The position numbers and the translations under genes were made by a program. The notes under the pieces are model-generated. The model was not told the origin of the DNA and did not search any database. It was given only the letters and a program-made list of their open reading frames with translations. 64,000 nucleotides of DNA from a virus. Within the stretch, counting starts at the first letter, position 1, and the number at the start of each line of letters is the position of its first letter. Shown in pieces: positions 12,932-19,532 of this stretch. Where the stretch lies: positions 96,001 to 160,000 of IMG/VR virus record IMGVR_UViG_3300024518_000034; one strand, 5' to 3'.

Positions 12932-12959
12932 TTGACAAGGGTTGGAATTGTGGTATAGT
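12932..12959 (+). promoter_or_regulatory. Sigma70-type promoter of the tRNA array
   Basis: TTGACA-N16-TATAGT with extended -10 TG, 19 nt before the first tRNA. Confidence 0.75.
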
Positions 12960-12978
12960 AGTAATACGTTAATAAGAC

Positions 12979-13052
12979 GCCTCCGTAACTCAATTAGGTA
13001 GAGTACCCGCCTTTTAAGCGGCACAGTCTTGGTTCGATTCCAAGCGGAGGTA
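12979..13052 (+). tRNA. trnK: tRNA-Lys(UUU)
   Basis: GCCTCCG/CGGAGGT acceptor, CTTTTAA loop, TTCGATT T-loop. Confidence 0.85.
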
Positions 13053-13074
13053 TAAGAAAAGGGAGGGTAGTAAT

Positions 13075-13455
13075 TTGGCAAAGCAAAAATATAGGTTGAC
13101 ACCACCAACAATTCATCGTAAGATTAGAGACGAGAAGAGAACGGTGGCGTCAGAGAAGTATGGCAAGAAGACTAAGTATCGTATTGGTTTTGTACAAAGA
13201 GAAACAGTAGCAGGATTAGTTAAGCATATTTATATTGATCCTCGCCCAGTAAGAGATGAACCTGGAGTTTTCACAAGTACAGAAGCTTACATTACTCAAA
13301 GTAATCATTTGGATACTAAGTTTAGTGATGTAACTAAAACACCAACTGGTAAGGTTTTCTTCAGATGGATCGATAGGCAGACGTTAAGATCTTTAAGAAG
13401 AAAGATGACTTGGGCCGGTATAAAATTAGTAAAAAAGCAAACAGTAACAGTTTAA
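13075..13455 (+). CDS. Basic hypothetical protein
   Basis: TTG start with G-rich RBS. Confidence 0.65.
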   Translation: MAKQKYRLTPPTIHRKIRDEKRTVASEKYGKKTKYRIGFVQRETVAGLVKHIYIDPRPVRDEPGVFTSTEAYITQSNHLDTKFSDVTKTPTGKVFFRWIDRQTLRSLRRKMTWAGIKLVKKQTVTV

Positions 13456-13457
13456 TA

Positions 13458-13552
13458 TAACGTGCAGCGCACAGGTTGCGGGCTAATTGGGAGTCTAGTG
13501 GCAGATGCAGAAGCGGTAAACCCAATGGATCTGAAACTACAAGTACACGTTA
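13458..13552 (+). ncRNA. Candidate pseudoknotted ncRNA, family unassigned
   Basis: TAACGTG/CACGTTA closing stem, CAGAT/ATCTG, TAGT/ACTA, TTGGG/CCCAA cross-pairing. Confidence 0.4.
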
Positions 13553-13622
13553 AATATTACCGAGCGGTAAAAAGGAGTAGCAAAAGCGGCTGAAGTCGGT
13601 ATAATATTACCGAGCGGTAAAA
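13553..13622. repeat. Two identical 20-bp dyad-containing direct repeats
   Basis: AATATTACCGAGCGGTAAAA at 13553-13572 and 13603-13622. Confidence 0.9.
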
Positions 13623-13661
13623 TTAGTCGCTTATCAAGACAGCCTGGAAAGACAGGCAACT

Positions 13662-13734
13662 GGGAACGTAACTTAATTGGCAAAGCACCTGACTCTTAAT
13701 CAGAGAGATGGAGGTTCAAGTCCTCCCGTTCCTA
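13662..13734 (+). tRNA. trnK: tRNA-Lys(CUU)
   Basis: GGGAACG/CGTTCCT acceptor, CTCTTAA loop, GGAGG-TTCAAGT-CCTCC. Confidence 0.85.
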
Positions 13735-13747
13735 TTAGAAACAAAAT

Positions 13748-13820
13748 GCCCTGCTTGCTGGATTGCAGACTAGGGACTTCTAATCCTTAAGACCATGTTC
13801 GATTCATGGGTGGGGTGCCA
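13748..13820 (+). tRNA. trnR: tRNA-Arg(UCU)
   Basis: AGGGA-CTTCTAA-TCCTT, T-arm, encoded CCA; short D-arm and several GU pairs in acceptor. Confidence 0.7.
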
Positions 13821-13933
13821 GATATGAAAAGCACATTGGAAAGAATTAACGTAAAGAAACTTTTAGAGTTTTGCAATAAGTTATTTGGGCCAAAGGTTGC
13901 AAAAGAAATGGAAGCTTTGAATAAGAAAAAGAT

Positions 13934-14008
13934 GGAGAGGAAGTCAAATGGATAGACGCTGTTCTGATACGACAGTTTCAGCAGGTTCGATTCCTGCCCT
14001 CTCTACCA
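13934..14008 (+). tRNA. trnI: tRNA-Ile(GAU)
   Basis: GGAGAGG/CCTCTCT, CTGATAC loop, encoded CCA. Confidence 0.85.
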
Positions 14009-14057
14009 TAATTGTGTATAGAATATAACTAAAATACACTATAGTACTTATAATAGG

Positions 14058-14303
14058 GTGAAGAAAATGAGTAGGTCATATAGAAAGACTCCAATTTGTG
14101 GAAACACAAAAGCGGAATCTGAAAAAGAAGATAAAAAGATTGCAAATAGAAGTTTTAGAAGAAAAACTAAAATGCAATTAATTAACTCAGATGAGGAACT
14201 TCTCTTTAACATAAGACAAGTTTGTGATGGACGAGGATATTATTCCAAGGACGGCAAACAGTGGATTGACAAAGAGGAACATCCTGATATAATGAGGAAG
14301 TAG
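14058..14303 (+). CDS. Basic hypothetical protein
   Basis: 81-aa ORF between tRNAs; start may be ATG 14067. Confidence 0.6.
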   Translation: MKKMSRSYRKTPICGNTKAESEKEDKKIANRSFRRKTKMQLINSDEELLFNIRQVCDGRGYYSKDGKQWIDKEEHPDIMRK

Positions 14304-14310
14304 TAAAGAA

Positions 14311-14386
14311 GGCGGTATAGCCCAACGGCAGAGGCAGCAGGTTCAAATTCTGTACAGTCTAGGTTCGAATCCTAGTATCGCTACCA
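14311..14386 (+). tRNA. trnL: tRNA-Leu(CAA), short variable loop
   Basis: GCAGG-TTCAAAT-TCTGT, 5-nt variable region, A73, CCA. Confidence 0.8.
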
Positions 14387-14477
14387 AGATTCGCAAAGGG
14401 ACTCCCCGATGATGGAGATAATGTTTCATTTTTAAAATGATAGAAGTAAATTAATTAGAAGTAAAAAGTTATAACTC

Positions 14478-14507
14478 GCGGCTAAGTTTGCAAGCTTGGC
14501 CGCACCA
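14478..14507 (+). ncRNA. Candidate acceptor-stem-like microhelix ending in ACCA
   Basis: GCGGCTAAG/CTTGGCCGC 9-bp stem followed directly by ACCA. Confidence 0.45.
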
Positions 14508-14508
14508 A

Positions 14509-14591
14509 CCAGAGACTAGGCATCGGTGAGCCCAGCGGTCTGTAAAACCGCCGTGAAAACTGTGGGTGTTCGAATCACCCTCTCTGGACCA
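14509..14591 (+). tRNA. trnY: tRNA-Tyr(GUA) with C1:G72
   Basis: CCAGAGA/TCTCTGG acceptor, GCGGT-CTGTAAA-ACCGC, 12-nt variable region, A73, CCA. Confidence 0.8.
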
Positions 14592-14666
14592 TTATTACAT
14601 GTGATGTATATCGACAGGTTTGTGAGGACGACACCTGGCTTAATCAAAAAAATCATCCTTATTTAT

Positions 14667-14741
14667 GGGCCTATCATCTAAAGGTTAAGATACCGGACTG
14701 TCGATCCGGCGATTGGGGTTCGATTCCCCATAGGCTCGCCA
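14667..14741 (+). tRNA. trnD: tRNA-Asp(GUC)
   Basis: CCGGA-CTGTCGA-TCCGG, G73, CCA. Confidence 0.9.
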
Positions 14742-14786
14742 GACAGGTTTTTCGGTTGTTCCTGTATAAATAAAACTCCGATTTAT

Positions 14787-14863
14787 GTCCCACTAGCCCA
14801 ACTGGCAGAGGTAAGCGGCTTAAACCCGTAACAGTCTAGGTTCGAATCCTAGGTGGGATACCA
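14787..14863 (+). tRNA. trnL: tRNA-Leu(UAA), short variable loop
   Basis: CTTAAAC loop, 5-nt variable region, A73, CCA. Confidence 0.8.
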
Positions 14864-14915
14864 GCAAAATTTAAACGGCTTAACAATATGTACAACTTGA
14901 AGGGGGTGTCAGAAA

Positions 14916-15887
14916 ATGAAGTATAAACTGATGAATAGGAGGAACCGAGTGTACCAAAAACAGCTAGATTTAACTTTATCTGGTACTGGCCCTGTAAGAT
15001 TTCCAGCGTGGGTTGGCGTTCTAAGATATATAGAAGAAAGAGGATACCATATACGTAGACTTGCCGGTACATCGGGTGGCGCATTAGTTGGCGGTTTATA
15101 CGCGGCTGGGATGTCAGTAGACGACTTGGAAAGTGTTCTACTTAAAACAGATTATTCGGATTTCGCTAGGACTAGTTGGTGGAGAGTAGCAAAAGCTATT
15201 GCTTGGCCAAAAGCTTTTGGTGGCGGCTATATGAATAACGGGTATAAGTTAGAAAAGTTTCTACATGGTCTTATTGGAAAGAAATCTTTTAAACACGCAA
15301 AAGGATTACATATATTTACTACAGATATGTGTAATGGCGTATCTAAGATTTTTAATTGGAAAGATGACTATCATTATTCAATAGCTAAGGCTATTCGAGC
15401 AAGTATTTCTTTACCTATCATCTGGAATGGTGTACCATATAAGTACAAAAAGGGACACAGAGTGAAGGGGATAAAGAGAAGAAGAACTGTTTTGATGGAT
15501 GGCGGTTTAAGAAACAATTTTCCAATTGATTACTTTGAACCAACAGATTTGGATGTAATAAGTGGAAAGAAAGTCCCACTTGTTGGGTTTACAATTGAGC
15601 ATGATTTTTGTACAATTAAAGAACAGTATTCGTTTAAGGATATTGGTGGATCAGTTATTTCAAATATGATCGGAGCAGCAGATCGAAAATATGAGGAAGA
15701 CAGTAAAGGAAATTACATAATGTTGACTCATGGCGATCTGGATGATGGAAACCCTTACGAGTTTGATATAAATAATAGCGTAAAGGCAAAGTGGATTGAA
15801 GCAGGGTATAAGGTAGCAAGAGATAACTGGGGCGATTTAATTAATACCTCAGAAAAAGAGGTTGACAAACCTGTTGCTCAGAGATAA
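14916..15887 (+). CDS. Patatin-like phospholipase
   Basis: Gly-rich N-terminal loop, GTSGG nucleophile motif, ASISLP, DGG. Confidence 0.85.
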   Translation: MKYKLMNRRNRVYQKQLDLTLSGTGPVRFPAWVGVLRYIEERGYHIRRLAGTSGGALVGGLYAAGMSVDDLESVLLKTDYSDFARTSWWRVAKAIAWPKAFGGGYMNNGYKLEKFLHGLIGKKSFKHAKGLHIFTTDMCNGVSKIFNWKDDYHYSIAKAIRASISLPIIWNGVPYKYKKGHRVKGIKRRRTVLMDGGLRNNFPIDYFEPTDLDVISGKKVPLVGFTIEHDFCTIKEQYSFKDIGGSVISNMIGAADRKYEEDSKGNYIMLTHGDLDDGNPYEFDINNSVKAKWIEAGYKVARDNWGDLINTSEKEVDKPVAQR

Positions 15888-15890
15888 CAT
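15862..15890 (+). promoter_or_regulatory. Sigma70-type promoter
   Basis: TTGACA-N17-TAACAT inside the patatin 3' end. Confidence 0.55.
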
Positions 15891-15954
15891 AGTACTAGAG
15901 GTTAAAATTTAAGGGAAAATTTGGTTTGCTTTTTAGCAGAAAGGAAGTTTAGTT

Positions 15955-16548
15955 ATGACAGAAATGGAATTGTTTGTAAGAAGTTTGCTTCATCATGGTG
16001 CTGATTTCATGGTTGGTATGAAGGGGCAGGATTCGAAGCAGTTGGCGGTAAAGATTGGTACGATTGCTGCGGTTTTGGTAGGTATTTATTTGAGTAAGAA
16101 AGTTTGGGGCGGATATCGTCGTAACTTTAGCTTTTCTAAGAAACTGGTTTACGTTGGATCGAAGAAGTTGGCAGTTGAAGGCGGTTGGGGCGGAATGCTC
16201 TTGCTTCCAACAGCAGTCGTAGAAACTGTTTTGGTTCCGCTGTATCTCCTTCTAGGTTGCTTCTCGCCTCGTAGCGATGAAGAAAAGCAGAAGATGCTAA
16301 ATCAGGATAAGGATGTTGTTAAGACTCTTGATCGCCACAGCGGTCTTCAGGAAAATCTAAACGAACGTCTTATGGAGTCTGAAGATAAGGTTGCAGATCT
16401 GGAAGCACACATTAAGAGATTGACAGATAGTGTGGGCAAAGTTCTTTCAGAAGTAAAGAAGAACAGACAGGACGCTCCAACTAGACGTATCGCAAGACCA
16501 GCAGCAAAGCAGTATAGCGATTATCAGTACGCTGATAACGATATGTAA
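15955..16548 (+). CDS. Membrane protein with coiled-coil C-terminus
   Basis: Two hydrophobic segments; frequent CGT/CTG codons unlike flanking genes. Confidence 0.75.
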   Translation: MTEMELFVRSLLHHGADFMVGMKGQDSKQLAVKIGTIAAVLVGIYLSKKVWGGYRRNFSFSKKLVYVGSKKLAVEGGWGGMLLLPTAVVETVLVPLYLLLGCFSPRSDEEKQKMLNQDKDVVKTLDRHSGLQENLNERLMESEDKVADLEAHIKRLTDSVGKVLSEVKKNRQDAPTRRIARPAAKQYSDYQYADNDM

Positions 16549-16581
16549 GAAACAAATAGCCTAAGAAATTAGGCTATCTTA

Positions 16582-16654
16582 GGCCCTGTAGTTTACTTGG
16601 TAAGAACGCCAGGCTTTCACCCTGGAAGATCGGGTTCGAATCCCGGCAGGGTCA
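16582..16654 (+). tRNA. trnE: tRNA-Glu(UUC)
   Basis: CCAGG-CTTTCAC-CCTGG; GGCCCTG/CAGGGTC. Confidence 0.9.
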
Positions 16655-16685
16655 TTATTTTTTAAACATTGGCAGAGGGTATAAA

Positions 16686-17129
16686 ATGAAAACTTGTATT
16701 ATTATTGCTGGACTACCAGGAAGTGGTAAAAGTAGTCTAGCAAGAATTTTAGCTAGTATGTTTAGTTTCAACACTAAAATAATTTGTACTGATGATTATT
16801 TTGTAAATGAAGAAACTGGAGAATATGAATTCGATGTTAAGGATTTACATCGAAACCACAATAAAGCATTTAATGACTTTAAGAAGGCGGTACTTGGAAG
16901 AGGTATTGAGTATCATACAGTTATAGTATCAAACACTTGTACCCAAACTTGGGAATACAAGAGATACGAAGATTTTGCAAAAGAAAATGGATTTATAGTA
17001 TTTCCTGTTATTGTAAGAAAGAACAAAGAACAAGTTTATAAGAATTTGCATGGTGTTCCAGATGAAGTGGTGGATAAAATGCAAGCAAGACTTGTTCAAG
17101 ATTTCGTAACACCGAAATTGAAGAGATAA
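16686..17129 (+). CDS. P-loop kinase/NTPase (AAA_33, polynucleotide-kinase-like)
   Basis: GLPGSGKS Walker A, ICTDDYF, VIVSNT, NLHGVP. Confidence 0.8.
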   Translation: MKTCIIIAGLPGSGKSSLARILASMFSFNTKIICTDDYFVNEETGEYEFDVKDLHRNHNKAFNDFKKAVLGRGIEYHTVIVSNTCTQTWEYKRYEDFAKENGFIVFPVIVRKNKEQVYKNLHGVPDEVVDKMQARLVQDFVTPKLKR

Positions 17130-17132
17130 ACT

Positions 17133-17199
17133 GGGCGACCCCATGGTGGGACAGTGGACTTACATTCCATTAGATCAGGTTCGATTCCTGGGTGGCCTA
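17133..17199 (+). tRNA. trnV: Atypical or degenerate tRNA-Val(UAC)
   Basis: GTGGA-CTTACAT-TCCAT and normal T-arm; shortened D region, G:G mismatch in acceptor. Confidence 0.55.
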
Positions 17200-17355
17200 T
17201 TACCAGAGGTATAAACGTAAACGTAACCAGCATGAGTTTGACGAGTGAAGGCGTTAACCGTAAAGCGGCGAACCGGTACGAAGTCGCACGCCACAACGGG
17301 GCAGGGAATAGTGTGAAATATGTGTGCGTGACGATCAGGAGAGACTGATAGGTTT

Positions 17356-17431
17356 GCCCCTGTAGCATAATTGGCAGTGCAGCACTTTTGTAATGTGCAG
17401 ATTCCGGGTTCGAATCCTGGCAGGGGCTCCA
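17356..17431 (+). tRNA. trnT: tRNA-Thr(UGU)
   Basis: GCCCCTG/CAGGGGC, TTTGTAA loop, CCA. Confidence 0.9.
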
Positions 17432-17446
17432 GAGGGGGGCAAAAAA

Positions 17447-17836
17447 ATGAAAGTAAAGGTGTATTTAAAAAATAATGATCCTGAACTAGAAGAGGTTCTA
17501 GAGATGGAAAACATTAGACCGGAAAGCGTAATAGGCTTTAAAAGTATGCAAATCTTTGCTGCAACCGGAATGATGTCATTTACAACGCTAGATGGGACAA
17601 GGTGGGAAATCATTCCGAGAGAAATGATTGAAAGAATAACTTGTATACTGGATGACGATATCTCAGACAACACCGGAATGCCTTCCATTGAAGAAATTAG
17701 TGATGATGACATGGAAGAGTTTGAAATTGATATACCGGACGTTGACATTATAGATGGACAAGAAGAGATGGATTTTCTGCTAGGTGGAGATCTAGAGATT
17801 CAAACAGAAGAGGGCGATGAAGAAACTGCAGAGTAA
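17447..17836 (+). CDS. Acidic hypothetical protein
   Basis: Start at ATG 17447 after GAGGGGGG; the longer track start overlaps tRNA-Thr. Confidence 0.7.
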   Translation: MKVKVYLKNNDPELEEVLEMENIRPESVIGFKSMQIFAATGMMSFTTLDGTRWEIIPREMIERITCILDDDISDNTGMPSIEEISDDDMEEFEIDIPDVDIIDGQEEMDFLLGGDLEIQTEEGDEETAE

Positions 17837-18071
17837 GATTTTTATCATAGTACTGATTTTAATGCTTGCATTTGGATCAGGATGTGGTAGTATAGCATAT
17901 AGGCACCATAATAAGGGTGCAGATATACCATACGGCGGAACGATGTTAATTATTTATTGGTCGGCACTATCATTAAATCCATTTATTTTAATAGATTTGC
18001 CGGGTAGTTTTCTTGTAGACACAATATTACTTCCAAGAGACATTATATTAATGAATAGGGGAAAAAGATGA
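17817..18071 (+). CDS. YceK/YidQ-like lipoprotein
   Basis: Lipobox GSGC; YGGT...IDLPGSFLVDTILLP pattern. Confidence 0.65.
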   Translation: MKKLQSKIFIIVLILMLAFGSGCGSIAYRHHNKGADIPYGGTMLIIYWSALSLNPFILIDLPGSFLVDTILLPRDIILMNRGKR

Positions 18072-18412
18072 ATAAAGAAGTAGCTAAGAAATTTGGGAAA
18101 AGTGGATTGTTTTGCGGATTGGTGCTTTTGGCTGGTACTATAGTTTATGAAGTCGGTGATCGCATTCATCATCATGTGACTAGAACTGTGCAGGAAAAAG
18201 AAGCAGACATGAGAGCAGATTATCGCATCGTATATGATGGTGAGTATTATGCTGCACAAAAATATAGATCTGCTGAAGGGTGGTATTTTATAAATCTTTG
18301 GAATGGTGAAAACCACCAGAAATTTTATAAAGATAAGGTGAAAGTAAAAAAGGCTTTAGAAGTTCGTTTGCACGAACTGCATCCAGATATTTTCTTTAAG
18401 CCCGTTAAGTAG
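18068..18412 (+). CDS. Membrane-anchored hypothetical protein
   Basis: ATGA overlap; N-terminal hydrophobic helix. Confidence 0.65.
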   Translation: MNKEVAKKFGKSGLFCGLVLLAGTIVYEVGDRIHHHVTRTVQEKEADMRADYRIVYDGEYYAAQKYRSAEGWYFINLWNGENHQKFYKDKVKVKKALEVRLHELHPDIFFKPVK

Positions 18413-18418
18413 CAAGAG

Positions 18419-18491
18419 TGTGGAGTGATGTAATTTGGTAGCATACGGCGCTGTTAACGCCTCTGTCGGGGTTCAAGTCCCTGCTCCACAG
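18419..18491 (+). tRNA. trnN: tRNA-Asn(GUU)
   Basis: TGTGGAG/CTCCACA, CTGTTAA loop, G73. Confidence 0.85.
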
Positions 18492-18560
18492 TTAGACTGA
18501 ATGTAATAAGAGTTACAATAACTGATGATGTTTGTAATGGTACGGACTCAGATAAGTACC

Positions 18561-18578
18561 CACCTTCGGGTGTTTTTT
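18561..18578 (+). terminator. Short Rho-independent terminator
   Basis: CACC-TTCG-GGTG-TTTTTT. Confidence 0.6.
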
Positions 18579-18712
18579 AAATATTCTGAAAGATTTATGT
18601 TTTTTGAAGTATAGTATGTAGTACCTACTAACTTTTATTGACGTATGTCAGTCATTTCGCAGATATGATGTTAGTGGTACAATGTGTACTAACAGTAGAT
18701 GGTTAGGAAATA

Positions 18713-18991
18713 ATGCTGGAAGATTTAAGAACAAAGAAGAAAGTAAAATTAAAGAAATTGAAAAAGAGATATCAGAATTGCAACATTGTAGAAAAGATAT
18801 GGCGTAGAAGATGGTATCTTTTAATACCGTACCACACTTTTAGGTTTTATTATTATACGAGGAAGAAGAGTAGTTTTAGGATGTCTTTGAGGCATTGTTA
18901 TAAACTTGCAGTTGGGATGGCTCAATATAAAATGAACTGGATGTATGGTTGGAAAGAAGTAAAAGAGAGAATAGAAAATAAGTTAAAATAA
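18713..18991 (+). CDS. Basic hypothetical protein
   Basis: 92-aa ORF, AGGA upstream. Confidence 0.65.
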   Translation: MLEDLRTKKKVKLKKLKKRYQNCNIVEKIWRRRWYLLIPYHTFRFYYYTRKKSSFRMSLRHCYKLAVGMAQYKMNWMYGWKEVKERIENKLK

Positions 18992-18992
18992 A

Positions 18993-19069
18993 CTACCTAT
19001 AGGCTAATTTGGCAAGTCGCTCGGTTTGGGTCCGAGAGAGTGGAGGTTCAAATCCTCCTAGGTAGACCA
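18993..19069 (+). tRNA. trnP: tRNA-Pro(UGG)
   Basis: CTACCTA/TAGGTAG, CTCGG-TTTGGGT-CCGAG, CCA. Confidence 0.9.
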
Positions 19070-19085
19070 TGGAGGGGGTAGGAGG

Positions 19086-19436
19086 ATGTTGTTAGATTAT
19101 AAACAGGAGGACGGTAAAATAAATATGCATATAAACCTTATGAACGGTCCATTGGATGGACAAAGATTTGCTATAAATGACCCCCCAGACGAGATATCTC
19201 TACCGTTATATGTTTTTAAGAATAGACAGATATCTAACGTGTTTATGGATAGTAAGAAAGCTTGGCACTATGAACATAAACTACCTAATAGAGACTACTG
19301 CCCATCCCCTAAGGCTATTGGAAAAGCCATCTATAGGCATAATTTTAGAATTAAAGAAGAAAAGGGTAAAATAATAGAGAAGTATTATGCTTATGTAAGA
19401 AGCGAAAAGATAGAAGAAAAAGAAAAAGAGAAATAA
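19086..19436 (+). CDS. Hypothetical protein
   Basis: 116-aa ORF with GGAGG RBS. Confidence 0.7.
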   Translation: MLLDYKQEDGKINMHINLMNGPLDGQRFAINDPPDEISLPLYVFKNRQISNVFMDSKKAWHYEHKLPNRDYCPSPKAIGKAIYRHNFRIKEEKGKIIEKYYAYVRSEKIEEKEKEK

Positions 19437-19465
19437 TACATTTTCGCTTTCATTTTTTTACCTCC

Positions 19466-19505
19466 AGGGTCTTGCGATTTTACGTCGTAAGGCCCTATTT
19501 TTATT
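19466..19505 (+). terminator. Probable terminator hairpin
   Basis: AGGGTCTTGCGA/TCGTAAGGCCCT followed by ATTTTTATT. Confidence 0.6.
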
Positions 19506-19532
19506 CTATTGTATATATGGAGATAGGATGAT

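Noticed and set aside
13458-13606. Pistol ribozyme
   Set aside because: CACGTTAAATA and AAGCG...GGT resemble pistol, but the P1 loop is about 80 nt and the 6-bp pseudoknot partner is missing.
13824-13955. 43-aa ORF between tRNA-Arg and tRNA-Ile
   Set aside because: No clear RBS and it overlaps tRNA-Ile; left uncalled.
16686-17129. APS kinase supplying PAPS
   Set aside because: Only a generic Walker A; the other motifs fit AAA_33/PNK-like kinases rather than CysC.
17250-17292. Twister ribozyme
   Set aside because: P1 followed by UAA fits, but P4 and both pseudoknots cannot be formed.
17154-17446. ORF 17154-17348 and the early start at 17393
   Set aside because: Both overlap tRNA genes.
14592-18560. 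HDV-like (theta) ribozymes behind tRNAs; hammerhead at CTGATGA 18522
   Set aside because: No P3/L3 UCCxCG-type loop follows any tRNA, and no GAAA/stem III follows the CTGATGA.
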